From the IMG/VR virus record IMGVR_UViG_2740892051_000004, positions 1 to 48,835 of that record: a stretch of DNA of 48,835 nucleotides, one strand, 5' to 3'. The DNA comes from a virus. Taxonomy: Duplodnaviria > Heunggongvirae > Uroviricota > Caudoviricetes. A program made the translations under genes and the position numbers. Under the pieces are notes generated by a model that was given only the letters and a program-made list of their open reading frames with translations, made no database searches and was not told where the DNA came from. Below are positions 27,700 through 38,993 of this stretch, in pieces (position 1 is the first letter of the stretch; every line of letters starts with the position of its first letter).

Positions 27700-28042
27700 T
27701 AGCGATAATTTTACTCATCATCCTTCACATCTGGCTCTGTAGACAGGGTGATGATCACTTCTGGAGTGAATCCAGATTAAACATCTCATTGCTGATGCTT
27801 GATATTGAGCATCTGGCGCGCAGTAAGGGGCTGCGTTGAGATAAGAGCCAGTCATCACAAACACCAGGATTTAGCCTCGCATTTGCGGGGCTTTTTTACA
27901 TCTGCAGTAAACCGCGCATCGCAGCGCGTAACAATCCCGAGTCTTTCAGAAAGCTGAGCCTGAGAACTGCCGTATATGGTGGCGACCATCTCGGGGCGGC
28001 TTTTCTGTGCGAACAGGCTCATCTTTCTAAAAGGTAAACGCT

Positions 28043-28528
28043 ATGAATAACTTTGTTGAAATTACCTCAAGAATTGGTCGCATGTACCAAGATTTTCTTA
28101 TAAGTGGAAAGGGGTCTGGCGACATCATAGAGGAAATTGACAAGCTAAGTGCAGAGCTGAGAAGGAATGGGTGTGTTAATTCTATCTTTTTTGAAACTTT
28201 GCTAAAGCAAGGCTTCATGTTTGACATGATTAATTACAACAAAGTCGCACCCAGTGCTTCGCAAAAATCATATGTGTACGTTCTGCATGCTGAAGATAGT
28301 GGGCTAACAAAAATAGGGTTTAGTCGCAGGGTTAATAAACGGATTTCAGAGATATCTCGCATGAGTGGTGGGAAGCTAAATCTAATTGCAAAGATTCCGG
28401 CCGATAGAGAGCTTGAAACCAAATTGCACCAAAAATATTACAACTATAGGTCGCACGGGGAGTGGTTTAGTCTCAATCGTTGTCATTTGAAAGAGCTAAA
28501 AGAAATGCCTGGTAACGAACTGAAATAA
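28043..28528 (+). CDS. T5orf172 / GIY-YIG-like domain protein (AT-rich moron)
   Basis: 'YVYVLHAEDSGLTKIGFSRRVNKRISE...KLHQKYYNYRSHGEWFSL' GIY-YIG-like signature; AT-rich relative to flanks. Confidence 0.55.
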   Translation: MNNFVEITSRIGRMYQDFLISGKGSGDIIEEIDKLSAELRRNGCVNSIFFETLLKQGFMFDMINYNKVAPSASQKSYVYVLHAEDSGLTKIGFSRRVNKRISEISRMSGGKLNLIAKIPADRELETKLHQKYYNYRSHGEWFSLNRCHLKELKEMPGNELK

Positions 28529-28706
28529 TCCCCGGACTCACCAATTAACGGCAGTACAGCGAAACAACCCAAGCCAGTAAGTGGGGAAATAACACTGGCA
28601 GCCACTGAAAGATGAACCTCCTGCCTTATGGCAAAAAAGATTCTTTGTGGTGGCGGACTGATGGAAAGACATCCTAATCAAGCAACCACTCTACAGGGTC
28701 ATAATT

Positions 28707-29078
28707 ATGAACGACCAGCAAATCGAAAAAGAAATCGTTGAGAAAGGCAAAACGGCACCGCGCGTTACGCCAGACCATATCGAAGGAATTATTGCTCAGG
28801 AGGCATATTTCACAGCAGAGGATGGTGCCTTTGGCAAAGCCATAAAAGCGAAACATACTGGCGGAGAGGTAAACTACCAGCCGCACGAATCACTTTCTCT
28901 GCTGACGTTCTGCGTCCTGGTGCTGCGCAACGGCTTCACCGTCACCGGAGAGAGTGCCTGTGCAAGTCCGGAAAATTTTGATGCAGAAATTGGTCGGAAG
29001 ATTGCCCGGCAGAATGCTGTAAACAAAATCTGGATGCTTGAAGGTTACTTGCTGAAGCAGAAGCTAAGCGAACAGTAG
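28707..29078 (+). CDS. hypothetical protein
   Basis: 123 aa ORF. Confidence 0.5.
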   Translation: MNDQQIEKEIVEKGKTAPRVTPDHIEGIIAQEAYFTAEDGAFGKAIKAKHTGGEVNYQPHESLSLLTFCVLVLRNGFTVTGESACASPENFDAEIGRKIARQNAVNKIWMLEGYLLKQKLSEQ

Positions 29079-29181
29079 TTATTACAAAAGCCATTCCCTA
29101 CAGAGTGGCTTTGATAATGGCTTATACCCTGCACGGGATAACTTAACTGATATCCCTTTTAACGGATAAACGGAGCCAACA

Positions 29182-29424
29182 ATGGCAGAGATTATTCCCA
29201 TGACTGAAGAACAGAAATTCCAGTTAGAGATTTACAAACTGGTCATGAACCAGAACGCAGCCGCAGAGGAAGCATTTCAATTCATCGGCACTGACGAGCT
29301 GAAGCTTGAGCTATTCAAAATTCACTTCCAGTCAGGCGGCGCTAATTCAGATATCACGATCCGCACATTCGAAGCGGTGCGTAAATCGAAGGAAGCGTTA
29401 GACCTGTTCACTACCGGAGCATAA
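29182..29424 (+). CDS. hypothetical protein
   Basis: 80 aa ORF upstream of terminase. Confidence 0.45.
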   Translation: MAEIIPMTEEQKFQLEIYKLVMNQNAAAEEAFQFIGTDELKLELFKIHFQSGGANSDITIRTFEAVRKSKEALDLFTTGA

Positions 29425-29426
29425 AC

Positions 29427-29867
29427 ATGGCGCGCCCAACAAAGTATCAAGAGGCGTATGCCGAACAGGCACGCAAACTGTGCTTGCTGGGCTACACCGA
29501 TGCAGAACTTGCTGATTTCTTTGAAGTCAGTGAGTCAACTATTAACAAGTGGAAGCTTGATTATCCTAAGTTTTCGGAGTCCATAAAAAAGGGTAAGGCC
29601 GTCGCTGATGCAGAAGTTAGTGACCGTCTTTATCAACGCGCTATGGGCTTCGTGGCTCCAGACATCGATATTCGTGTTATTGAAAACAGAATTGTCGAAA
29701 CTCCGCTTGAGAAGTATTACCCGCCTGATACAACCGCTGCCATCTTCTGGCTTAAGAACCGACAGAAGGATAAATGGCGCGACAAGGTTGATCACGAGCT
29801 AACAGGCAAAGACGGCGGCGCAATCCAGATTGAAACATCACCGATGAGCACTCTATTTGGAAAATGA
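29427..29867 (+). CDS. terminase small subunit
   Basis: 146 aa, N-terminal HTH 'GYTDAELADFFEVSESTINKWK'; overlaps large subunit start. Confidence 0.8.
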   Translation: MARPTKYQEAYAEQARKLCLLGYTDAELADFFEVSESTINKWKLDYPKFSESIKKGKAVADAEVSDRLYQRAMGFVAPDIDIRVIENRIVETPLEKYYPPDTTAAIFWLKNRQKDKWRDKVDHELTGKDGGAIQIETSPMSTLFGK

Positions 29868-31279
29868 CCTCGATTAATCCTATCTTTGAACCGTTCATTG
29901 AGGCGCATCGCTATAAAGTCGCCAAAGGCGGTCGAGGTAGCGGTAAATCATGGGCAATTGCGAGGCTGCTTGTTGAAGCGGCGCGTCGGCAGCCAGTACG
30001 TATTCTCTGCGCTCGTGAACTGCAAAACAGTATCAGCGATTCGGTAATCCGGTTGCTTGAAGATACCATCGAGCGTGAAGGGTATTCGGCTGAGTTTGAA
30101 ATTCAGCGTTCAATGATTCGTCATCTCGGAACGAATGCTGAATTCATGTTCTACGGCATCAAAAACAACCCGACGAAGATTAAATCGCTCGAAGGCATTG
30201 ATATCTGCTGGGTGGAGGAAGCGGAAGCGGTAACGAAGGAATCATGGGATATCCTGATACCAACCATCCGCAAGCCATTTTCCGAAATATGGGTGAGCTT
30301 CAACCCGAAAAACATCCTCGACGATACCTATCAGCGATTCGTAGTAAACCCTCCCGATGATATTTGTCTGCTGACGGTGAACTACACCGACAACCCGCAC
30401 TTTCCTGAAGTTCTCCGTCTGGAGATGGAAGAGTGTAAACGCAGAAACCCGACACTGTATCGTCACATCTGGCTTGGTGAGCCGGTAAGCGCAAGTGATA
30501 TGGCAATCATCAAACGTGAATGGCTTGAAGCCGCAACCGATGCGCACAAGAAACTCGGATGGAAAGCGAAAGGCGCTGTTGTCTCTGCGCATGACCCATC
30601 AGATACAGGGCCGGATGCTAAAGGTTATGCATCGCGTCACGGTTCGGTAGTTAAGCGCATTGCCGAAGGTCTGCTGATGGACATCAACGAGGGTGCTGAC
30701 TGGGCTACTTCGCTGGCGATTGAAGACGGCGCTGACCATTACCTGTGGGATGGCGATGGTGTCGGTGCAGGGCTGCGCAGACAGACAACGGAAGCGTTCT
30801 CCGGTAAGAAAATCACCGCCACGATGTTCAAGGGCAGCGAATCGCCATTCGATGAAGATGCACCGTATCAGGCCGGAGCATGGGCTGATGAAGTCGTACA
30901 GGGTGACAACGTTCGCACTATTGGTGATGTATTCCGCAATAAGCGAGCGCAATTCTATTACGCACTGGCTGACAGGCTGTATCTGACATATCGGGCGGTT
31001 GTCCACGGTGAGTATGCAGACCCCGACGACATGCTGAGCTTCGATAAAGAAGCGATAGGCGAGAAGATGCTGGAGAAGCTGTTTGCAGAACTGACGCAGA
31101 TTCAGCGCAAATTCAATAACAACGGGAAGCTGGAGCTTATGACTAAGGTCGAAATGAAGCAGAAGCTCGGGATCCCATCTCCTAACCTGGCTGATGCGTT
31201 GATGATGTGTATGCATTGCCCGGAGTCGGCTGCGCAACCCGACTATTCCAGTTACTCAATTCCTTGTGGTGTAGGTTGA
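29864..31279 (+). CDS. terminase large subunit
   Basis: 471 aa; Walker A 'VAKGGRGSGKS'; C-terminal nuclease-type acidic residues. Confidence 0.9.
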   Translation: MTSINPIFEPFIEAHRYKVAKGGRGSGKSWAIARLLVEAARRQPVRILCARELQNSISDSVIRLLEDTIEREGYSAEFEIQRSMIRHLGTNAEFMFYGIKNNPTKIKSLEGIDICWVEEAEAVTKESWDILIPTIRKPFSEIWVSFNPKNILDDTYQRFVVNPPDDICLLTVNYTDNPHFPEVLRLEMEECKRRNPTLYRHIWLGEPVSASDMAIIKREWLEAATDAHKKLGWKAKGAVVSAHDPSDTGPDAKGYASRHGSVVKRIAEGLLMDINEGADWATSLAIEDGADHYLWDGDGVGAGLRRQTTEAFSGKKITATMFKGSESPFDEDAPYQAGAWADEVVQGDNVRTIGDVFRNKRAQFYYALADRLYLTYRAVVHGEYADPDDMLSFDKEAIGEKMLEKLFAELTQIQRKFNNNGKLELMTKVEMKQKLGIPSPNLADALMMCMHCPESAAQPDYSSYSIPCGVG

Positions 31280-31280
31280 T

Positions 31281-33479
31281 ATGGCAGAAAAAAAGATGAC
31301 TGACTGGCATCGCAAGGTGCTGTGCAACTTTGATAATGCCTGGTCAGCAACGCAGGATATGCGTGAGCAGATTATTGAGGCTCAACGTTTCGTCAGGGTG
31401 TCCGGCGCACAGTGGGAAGGTAGCACAAACGCTGGTTACTCGTTTGATGAGGGCAGGTTTGAGCATTACCCGCGTTTTGAACTGAATAAGATTGCCCGTG
31501 AATGTGATCGCATCATTGGCGAGTATCGACAGAATCGCATCAGCGTTAAATTCAGGCCGAAGGATGACAAGGCATCGGAATCGTTAGCCGAAAAGATGAA
31601 CGGCAAATTCCGCGCTGACTATCAGGAAACATCCGGTGGTGAAGCGTGTGATAACGCATTTGATGATGCTGTAACGGGCGGATTCGGTTGTTTCCGCATG
31701 TGTGCCGATTACGAAGATGAAATGGATCCGAGTAACGAGCAGCGCCGCATCAGCCTTCTTCCTGTTTACGACCCAGCGACATGCGTCTTCTTCGATCAGG
31801 ACAGCAAGCAATATGACCGCTCTGATGCTATGTGGGCTATGGAAATGTTCTCCATGACGCCTAAAGCGTTCGAGGCTGAATACCCTGATTCCATCGCGGC
31901 AAGCCTTTCTCGTGATGACACTGGCACTCAATATGACTGGTCAACGCCCGATGCCATCTATGTTGGACGTTACTACGAAGTCCGCATAGAGAAGGTGAAG
32001 CTCACAGCATGGCGTAACCCTGTCAGCGGAGAAACGGCAATCTATGATGAAGAGCAAATCAAAGATATTGTCGACGAGCTGACCGATGGTGCATTCGAAC
32101 TGATTGGCGAGCGAACGGTGAAGAAGCGCCGCGTTTATTGCGGTCTTCTGTCTGGCGCTGAATGGCTGGAAGAACCGAAGCGTATTCCGGGCGAACATAT
32201 TCCTCTCATCCCGGTATATGGGCGTCGCTCATTTGTTGATAATCAGGAGCGAATAGAAGGCCACGCAGCAAAAGCGATGGATGCACAGCGTCTTGAGAAC
32301 CTGATGGTTTCCATGATTGCAGATAACGCTACTCAGGCTGGCGGTGATGGCATTCCTATCGTGGATGTTGATTTCATTCCCGGTCCATTAATGAATCACT
32401 GGGCAGAGAGGAATAAGAAAAGACCTGCAGTTCTTCCCATGACCAGCAAGAAGGACAAAAACGGAACGGTCATTTCAGAGGCTCAGGTTGCTGGCTGGAC
32501 ACCTCCGACACAAATGCCTCCTGCTCTTGCCGGGCTATTGCAGTACACCGGAACGGCTATTCAGCAAATTACAGGTGCGTCGCAGCTTGAGAACATGCCG
32601 AGCAACGTCGCTACCGATACCGTTGATAGCATCTTTAACCGGATGGATACGCAGTCCTATATCTACATGGACAACATGGCTAAATCCATGCGTCGCGCTG
32701 GCGTTGTGTGGCTTTCTATGGCGCGTGAGGTCTATGGCAGTGATACGCCGATGCGTATCGTTAATGAGGACGGCAGCGATGACGTGGCGCTGATGACTGG
32801 TGAAGTGGTTGACCGTCAGACAGGGCAGGTTATCGCGCTTAACGACCTTTCGCAGGGTAACTATGAAGTGACTGTCGATGTCGGTCAGTCGTTCGCTACT
32901 CGCCGTGATGCAACGGTTAAGTCGTTACTTTCCATGCTAGCACTTATCCCGCCCGGAACGCCGAAACACGACCTTGTATCGTCGATGATTCTCGACAATA
33001 TGGACGGCGAAGGGATGGACGACCTTAAAGAATACAACCGCAATCAGTTGCTTCTGTCTGGCGTTATCAAGCCGAGAACGCCTGAAGAACAGCAGATGGT
33101 TGAACAGGCGAAACAACAACAGGCCAGTCAGCCAGATCCGGCTATGGTTGCTGCGCAAGGTCAGCTTCTTGCTGGTCAGGCTGAATTGCAGAAAGCGCAG
33201 AACGAGCAGGCAGCCATTCAGGTTAAAGCATTCCAGGCACAGACTGATGCTCAGGTTGCAGCGGCAAACGTTGTGAAAATCCTCGCATCTGCTGATAGCC
33301 AGCAGAAATCTGATATCCGCGAGGCTCTGAAACTGCTCGGACAGTTCCAGCAACAGCAAGGAGACAATGCCCGTGCTGATGCAGAGCTTGTCCTGAAAAG
33401 TCAGGCACAGGGCCATGCGCAGCGCATGGACATCAGCAGCATCCTGCAAAAATCAACTCAGCAACAACCACAGCAGTAA
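31281..33479 (+). CDS. portal protein (P22 gp1-like)
   Basis: 732 aa; C-terminal Gln-rich helical region 'TPEEQQMVEQAKQQQASQPDPAMVAAQGQLLAGQAELQKAQNEQ' as in P22 portal barrel. Confidence 0.9.
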   Translation: MAEKKMTDWHRKVLCNFDNAWSATQDMREQIIEAQRFVRVSGAQWEGSTNAGYSFDEGRFEHYPRFELNKIARECDRIIGEYRQNRISVKFRPKDDKASESLAEKMNGKFRADYQETSGGEACDNAFDDAVTGGFGCFRMCADYEDEMDPSNEQRRISLLPVYDPATCVFFDQDSKQYDRSDAMWAMEMFSMTPKAFEAEYPDSIAASLSRDDTGTQYDWSTPDAIYVGRYYEVRIEKVKLTAWRNPVSGETAIYDEEQIKDIVDELTDGAFELIGERTVKKRRVYCGLLSGAEWLEEPKRIPGEHIPLIPVYGRRSFVDNQERIEGHAAKAMDAQRLENLMVSMIADNATQAGGDGIPIVDVDFIPGPLMNHWAERNKKRPAVLPMTSKKDKNGTVISEAQVAGWTPPTQMPPALAGLLQYTGTAIQQITGASQLENMPSNVATDTVDSIFNRMDTQSYIYMDNMAKSMRRAGVVWLSMAREVYGSDTPMRIVNEDGSDDVALMTGEVVDRQTGQVIALNDLSQGNYEVTVDVGQSFATRRDATVKSLLSMLALIPPGTPKHDLVSSMILDNMDGEGMDDLKEYNRNQLLLSGVIKPRTPEEQQMVEQAKQQQASQPDPAMVAAQGQLLAGQAELQKAQNEQAAIQVKAFQAQTDAQVAAANVVKILASADSQQKSDIREALKLLGQFQQQQGDNARADAELVLKSQAQGHAQRMDISSILQKSTQQQPQQ

Positions 33480-33569
33480 TTAACCCATAACGTGCAATGG
33501 CTGTCTTTATGAGGCCTGGCACCCTATTGCCTTCCGATGGGCTGAACATCGAGTAAACAGGGGTAACAA

Positions 33570-34463
33570 ATGGACCAGATGGCAGAAAACACACCAGAAG
33601 TTGAAATCGAAACCGACGCGTCAGAGCAGATTCCTGATGATGTCGAACTGGCTGAAGAAGTCGAAACAGAAGATGGCAGTGAGTCCTCCGGCAATGATGC
33701 AGAGGAAGCTACTGAAACTGATGACGACGAATCAGAACAGGAATTCTACTTTGGTGACGAAAAGCTGGATTCGCCAACCAGCGAAGATGGCGCAGAGCAT
33801 GGACTGGTAAAACACCTGCGCAAGACGATTAAAGAGAAAGACCGCGAGCTGAAAGAGCTGATGCGTCAGTCTCAGAAACCCGTCGAGCAGCAGCCGGTAA
33901 TCACTCAACCACCGCGAATGCCAAAACTGGATGATGAGGACATCGGTTTCGATGAAGAAATCTATCAGCAACGTATGGCTAAGTGGGCAGAGGAAAACGG
34001 CAAATACCAGGAGCAAGTACGAGAGCGGAAACGAGAGGAAGAGGCGCGTACCGCAACGCTTCAGCAGAAAGCAGCCAATTACATGCAGAGAGTAAAAGCA
34101 CTGAAAGTGGCTGGCTACCAGGATGCAGAGCAGGCTGTACGCGAAGATGTTCCTGTTCATATTCAGGACATGATCCTTCTTGAGTCAGAGAAGCCGGAAA
34201 TCGTTGTTCTGGCGCTCGGCCGCAACGCTGAACTGCGCAAGCAACTGGCAGAAGCTACCAACCCCGTAGCAATTGGTCGTCTGCTGGAACGTATCGAATC
34301 GAAGGCCAGAATCATGCCAAAAGCAAAAACCACGGCAGCCACAACCCCGACAGTTAAGGGGAGCAACGGCGCAGTAATCAATAACCTCGACAAACTGAAA
34401 GCCAAGGCGCTGGAAACTGGTGACTGGACGCCGTATTTCGCCGCTAAAAAGGCAAAAAAATAA
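33570..34463 (+). CDS. scaffolding protein
   Basis: 297 aa acidic/helical protein between portal and coat. Confidence 0.7.
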   Translation: MDQMAENTPEVEIETDASEQIPDDVELAEEVETEDGSESSGNDAEEATETDDDESEQEFYFGDEKLDSPTSEDGAEHGLVKHLRKTIKEKDRELKELMRQSQKPVEQQPVITQPPRMPKLDDEDIGFDEEIYQQRMAKWAEENGKYQEQVRERKREEEARTATLQQKAANYMQRVKALKVAGYQDAEQAVREDVPVHIQDMILLESEKPEIVVLALGRNAELRKQLAEATNPVAIGRLLERIESKARIMPKAKTTAATTPTVKGSNGAVINNLDKLKAKALETGDWTPYFAAKKAKK

Positions 34464-34481
34464 CCTATCGGAGCATTAAGC

Positions 34482-35735
34482 ATGGCTAACCAATTAGCAA
34501 AAGACCTTGAAATCATGTTCGAAAACTACGTTGAAGGCTTTGAGGCCGCCTGCGTAGTTTCCCGTAACGCTAAAAAATTCCGTCCCGGTGATACAGCAAT
34601 GCAGCGAGCAGGTGATGTTCTGTATCGTCCGCAGCATTACCACATGAACATTGAGGAAGGCCTCGACCTCAGCAGCAAAACGCCAACAGCACTGGTTCAG
34701 CGCCTTGTTCCTTCTGTGTTCAAGGAGCCGAAAAACATTCTGTACACTCTGGATGCGCGTGAAATGCGTGACCCGGAACATAAAACTGAAGCTGGTCGCG
34801 CCGCAGGTATGCGCCTTGCTGCACAGATTGACTCTGATCTGATTTCCATGGTGACGCAGCGTGCTACTAACGTGATCACGATGGCTGACTCAACCACAGG
34901 TTCACAGGGCCGTGATTTGTGGAACTGTGCGGCAGGTATTGATGCCACCATGACGGCGATTGGTGTACCTCAGGGTATCAACCGTCGCTCTTTCTGGAAC
35001 CCCTTCAACTACAAAGACCTTGCTGGCGAGCTTGGTCACCGTGCCTATGCTCAGGGTGCAACCCTGACAGCATACGAAAAAGCGCAGATCCCTCCGGTTG
35101 CGTCCTTCGATAGCTACAAGACCGATATTTCTGGTCGTGTTCCGAAGGGTACAGCAACTTCCCTGACGCTGGCGGCAGAACCTGCGCACAAGGTTGAAGC
35201 GAAAGATGTCAACGATATGCCAGTGGATAACCGACAGGGGACTATTACGGTATCTGCATCTGGGTTGCAGGTTGGCGATGCGTTCACCATTGCTGGCGTG
35301 AATTCTGTACACCAGATCACCAAAGACACCACCGGGCAGCCGCAGGTATTCCGCGTTCTGGCAGTAAGCGGAACGACAGTAACTATCTCCCCGAAAATTC
35401 TGCCGCCTGACAACGCAGATGTCGCCAGCCGTCCATATGCAAACGTTGATGCTAACGCGGCAAATGGTGCAGCAATTACCATTCTCAACAAAAATGCCGC
35501 ACCGGCTAACCTGTTCTGGGCTGATGGTTCTGTTGAACTGATGTACGGCAAGCTGGCGTTCCCGACTGGTCAGGGTCCACAGGTAATGACAGCAACCACC
35601 GAGCAGGGCGCTACGCTGATCATGTCTTACGCCTTCGACCACATCAAAGGCGTAACCACTGCTCGTTTCACCACTCTGTACGGTTGCTCTGTACTTGTTC
35701 CTGAATATACGGGCATCGTTATTGCCGGGCAGTAA
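34482..35735 (+). CDS. major coat protein (P22 gp5-like)
   Basis: 417 aa; 'NLFWADGSVELMYG' aligns with P22 coat 'NVFWADDAIRIV'. Confidence 0.85.
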   Translation: MANQLAKDLEIMFENYVEGFEAACVVSRNAKKFRPGDTAMQRAGDVLYRPQHYHMNIEEGLDLSSKTPTALVQRLVPSVFKEPKNILYTLDAREMRDPEHKTEAGRAAGMRLAAQIDSDLISMVTQRATNVITMADSTTGSQGRDLWNCAAGIDATMTAIGVPQGINRRSFWNPFNYKDLAGELGHRAYAQGATLTAYEKAQIPPVASFDSYKTDISGRVPKGTATSLTLAAEPAHKVEAKDVNDMPVDNRQGTITVSASGLQVGDAFTIAGVNSVHQITKDTTGQPQVFRVLAVSGTTVTISPKILPPDNADVASRPYANVDANAANGAAITILNKNAAPANLFWADGSVELMYGKLAFPTGQGPQVMTATTEQGATLIMSYAFDHIKGVTTARFTTLYGCSVLVPEYTGIVIAGQ

Positions 35736-35776
35736 TTTTGGTGGGGCTTCGGCCCCATTTTTATTGGGAGAAGACA

Positions 35777-35965
35777 ATGGCACGAACAATGCTCTATAAG
35801 CCTGGCAACATGATCACCTGTGGTCAGTTTGCTGTCGATTACATCATTGTTGATGACGAAGAAGTTAAATCTCACCTGAAAAAAGGCTGGGTAAAAACTC
35901 CTGAAGAAACCGCAGCGAAGCAAAAAGTGGCTAAGGCGGAAGAAGATGGCGAAAACGAAGGGTGA
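35777..35965 (+). CDS. hypothetical small protein
   Basis: Start at internal Met 'MARTMLYK' of track ORF. Confidence 0.45.
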   Translation: MARTMLYKPGNMITCGQFAVDYIIVDDEEVKSHLKKGWVKTPEETAAKQKVAKAEEDGENEG

Positions 35966-36407
35966 TCTCGTTCTAAAGGCTTTACGAAAAGCCGGGCTGT
36001 ATTCCAATGCCACGTTGACAGATGCTGACCCTCAGGCGATTGAAGATGCCATTAATGACCTCGAAGACATGATGGCAGCATGGCAGGCTAAAGGTATCGA
36101 GCTTGGGTATCAGTTTGCTGATACAGAAAACGGCATCATGCCGTTACCAGACGATGACTCAGGTATCCCTGCATGGGCAAATGATGGCGTCGCTTTGAAA
36201 CTCGCTGTGCAAGTGTGCATGGATAACGTCATTCAGCCGTCAGACGCTCTCCTTACCGCTGCTGACAGTGCATATCAAACAATCTGTATCGCTTTAACCA
36301 AAATACCACCACTTGAGCGGCGAAATGACATGCCTCGCGGTAGTGGTAACAAAAGCGCGTTTACGTGGAATCGGTTTTACATCGAGAAAGATGATCCGAG
36401 TACGTGA
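35946..36407 (+). CDS. head-to-tail adaptor (P22 gp4-like)
   Basis: 'KGDLVLKALRKAGLYSNATLTDADPQAIEDAINDLEDMMAAW' matches gp4 N-terminus. Confidence 0.75.
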   Translation: MAKTKGDLVLKALRKAGLYSNATLTDADPQAIEDAINDLEDMMAAWQAKGIELGYQFADTENGIMPLPDDDSGIPAWANDGVALKLAVQVCMDNVIQPSDALLTAADSAYQTICIALTKIPPLERRNDMPRGSGNKSAFTWNRFYIEKDDPST

Positions 36408-36416
36408 GGTGAATAA

Positions 36417-37835
36417 ATGCCGATTCAGCAACTTCCGCTTATGAAAGGTGTCGGCAAAGACTTTCGAAACGCCGACTATATCGACTATCTGCCAGTGAAT
36501 ATGTTGGCTACACCCAAAGAAATCCTGAACAGCAGCGGATATCTTCGCTCATTCCCGGGCATTACCAAACGTTCTGATGTGAACGGTGTATCGCGCGGAG
36601 TCGAGTACAACATGGCGCAGAATGCTGTTTATCGTGTCTGTGGTGGCAAGCTCTACAAAGGAGAAAGTGAAGTCGGTGATGTTGCCGGAAGTGGTCGCGT
36701 ATCAATGGCGCATGGTCGGACATCACAGGCGGTAGGCGTTAATGGTCAACTGGTCGAGTATCGCTATGATGGCACGGTTAAAACCGTCTCAAACTGGCCT
36801 ACAGACAGCGGATTCACACAGTACGAGTTAGGCTCAGTCCGCGACATTACGCGCTTACGTGGCCGTTATGCGTGGTCAAAAGACGGCACCGATTCATGGT
36901 TTATCACTGACCTTGGAGACGAATCGCATCCTGACCGATACAGCGCACAATATCGGGCAGAATCACAGCCTGACGGCATCATCGGCATCGGAACATGGCG
37001 AGACTTCATCGTCTGCTTTGGCTCATCGACGATTGAATATTTCTCCCTGACGGGGGCAACCACCGTTGGTGCCGCTTTGTATGTCGCACAGCCATCGCTG
37101 ATGGTGCAGAAAGGTATTGCCGGGACTTACTGCAAAACACCATTCGCTGATTCTTATGCGTTCATCAGCAATCCGGCAACAGGTGCGCCGTCTGTATACA
37201 TCATCGGCTCCGGTCAGGTATCACCAATCGCCAGCGCGAGCATTGAGAAAATCCTCCGCTCCTACACTGCTGATGAACTGGCTGATGGCGTGATGGAATC
37301 GTTGCGGTTTGATGCTCATGAGTTGCTGATTATTCACCTGCCGCGCCATGTTCTGGTGTACGACGCATCTTCAAGCGCCAATGGCCCACAATGGTGTGTG
37401 CTGAAAACAGGCTTATATGACGATGCGTACCGCGCTATTGACTTCATTTACGAAGGAAATCAGATAACGTGCGGCGATAAGCTGGAGTCCGTGACCGGGA
37501 AATTGCAATTCGACATCAGCAGCCAGTACGACAAGCAACAGGAACATCTTCTGTTTACTCCGCTGTTCAAAGCGGATAACGCCAGAGTGTTCGACCTTGA
37601 GGTTGAATCTTCAACTGGAGTTGCGCAGTATGCTGACCGCCTTTTTCTCTCTGCAACCACTGACGGCATCAATTACGGGCGTGAGCAGATGATTGAGCAG
37701 AATGAACCGTTCGTTTACGACAAACGCGTTTTGTGGAAGCGGGTCGGACGCATCAGGAAAAATGTCGGCTTCAAATTGCGCGTTATCACTAAGTCACCTG
37801 TCACTCTCTCAGGCTGCCAGATAAGGATTGAGTAA
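36417..37835 (+). CDS. tail accessory factor (P22 gp10-like)
   Basis: 472 aa, size and order as P22 gp10. Confidence 0.7.
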   Translation: MPIQQLPLMKGVGKDFRNADYIDYLPVNMLATPKEILNSSGYLRSFPGITKRSDVNGVSRGVEYNMAQNAVYRVCGGKLYKGESEVGDVAGSGRVSMAHGRTSQAVGVNGQLVEYRYDGTVKTVSNWPTDSGFTQYELGSVRDITRLRGRYAWSKDGTDSWFITDLGDESHPDRYSAQYRAESQPDGIIGIGTWRDFIVCFGSSTIEYFSLTGATTVGAALYVAQPSLMVQKGIAGTYCKTPFADSYAFISNPATGAPSVYIIGSGQVSPIASASIEKILRSYTADELADGVMESLRFDAHELLIIHLPRHVLVYDASSSANGPQWCVLKTGLYDDAYRAIDFIYEGNQITCGDKLESVTGKLQFDISSQYDKQQEHLLFTPLFKADNARVFDLEVESSTGVAQYADRLFLSATTDGINYGREQMIEQNEPFVYDKRVLWKRVGRIRKNVGFKLRVITKSPVTLSGCQIRIE

Positions 37836-38536
37836 TGGTTGATTCATCACTGAATGATCCTGTCGTGGTTCAGGCTACGCGCCTTGATGCTTCAATTTTG
37901 CCACGCAATATATTCAGCCAGTCTTACCTGCTGTATGTCATAAATCAGGGAGCTGATGTCGGTGCAATTGCTGGGAAGGCAAATCAGGCTGGTCAGGGCG
38001 CTTACGATGCCCAGGTAAAAAACGATGAACAGGACGTAGAACTGGCTGATCACGACGCAAGAATCACCGCAAACACAAAAGCGATAAATCTCCTTGAGGT
38101 CAGGTTAACAACCGCCGAAGGGAAGATAGTCGTACTGCGTAGCGATGTTGATTACTTGCTGGATGAGGTTATCGATATTCAGGGGCATCTGGTCACTGTT
38201 GACCAAAGACTGGATGGCGTAGAAAGCGATGTATCTGACATTAAGAGTGATTACGTATCGAAAACCGTAACCGAATCGCAGTCTCTTGCGTCACCGCTGG
38301 ATGTAAAAACATCATATTCAGTTGATGGAATTCAGGTCGTTGGAGCAAGGCAGACCGGATGGACTGCAGCCACAGGTACGCCACTTCTTGGCTCATTCAA
38401 CGCTAACCAGTCATACACGGTCGGCACTACGTACACACAATCCGAAGTCGCAGCTCTCGCTACAGGTTTGGAGCAGGCGCGGCAGCGTATTCTGGCGCTT
38501 GAAACAGCACTTAGATTACATGGGCTGATTGACTGA
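37835..38536 (+). CDS. tail needle protein (P22 gp26-like)
   Basis: 233 aa; N- and C-termini near-identical to recalled gp26. Confidence 0.85.
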   Translation: MVDSSLNDPVVVQATRLDASILPRNIFSQSYLLYVINQGADVGAIAGKANQAGQGAYDAQVKNDEQDVELADHDARITANTKAINLLEVRLTTAEGKIVVLRSDVDYLLDEVIDIQGHLVTVDQRLDGVESDVSDIKSDYVSKTVTESQSLASPLDVKTSYSVDGIQVVGARQTGWTAATGTPLLGSFNANQSYTVGTTYTQSEVAALATGLEQARQRILALETALRLHGLID

Positions 38537-38991
38537 TGATTACATTCAAACCAACGCGAAACATCGACCTGATCGAAGCAGTCGGAAATCACCCTGACAT
38601 TATTGCCGGAAGCAACAACGGTGATGGATACGACTACAAGCCTGAATGCCGTTACTTTGAGGTTAACGTGCACGGTCAGTTCGGCGGCATTGTTTACTAT
38701 CAGGAGATTCAGCCGCTGACATTCGATTGCCACGCCATGTACCTGCCAGAGATTCGGGGATTCAGCAAGGAAATCGGGCTGGCGTTTTGGCGATACATTC
38801 TGACTAACACCACCGTTCAGTGCGTCACATCGTTCGCTGCACGCAAATTCCGCCACGGTCAGATGTACTGCGCAATGATTGGCCTTAATCGTGTAGGAAC
38901 CATCAAGAAATACTTCAAAGGCGTGGATGACGTGACTTTTTACAGCGCCACACGCGAAGAACTAATCGACTTCCTGAATCACGGGAGATAG
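38536..38991 (+). CDS. head assembly protein (P22 gp14-like)
   Basis: 151 aa, synteny. Confidence 0.55.
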   Translation: MITFKPTRNIDLIEAVGNHPDIIAGSNNGDGYDYKPECRYFEVNVHGQFGGIVYYQEIQPLTFDCHAMYLPEIRGFSKEIGLAFWRYILTNTTVQCVTSFAARKFRHGQMYCAMIGLNRVGTIKKYFKGVDDVTFYSATREELIDFLNHGR

Positions 38992-38993
38992 CC

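Noticed and set aside
27855-28022. Minus-strand 55 aa ORF after Rz (position of lambda bor)
   Set aside because: No lipoprotein signal or resemblance to Bor; no clear RBS
30599-31237. 212 aa minus-strand ORF
   Set aside because: Lies entirely within the terminase large subunit gene on the opposite strand; no RBS
34902-35789. 295 aa minus-strand ORF
   Set aside because: Antisense to the major coat protein gene; Cys/Arg-rich translation typical of shadow frames
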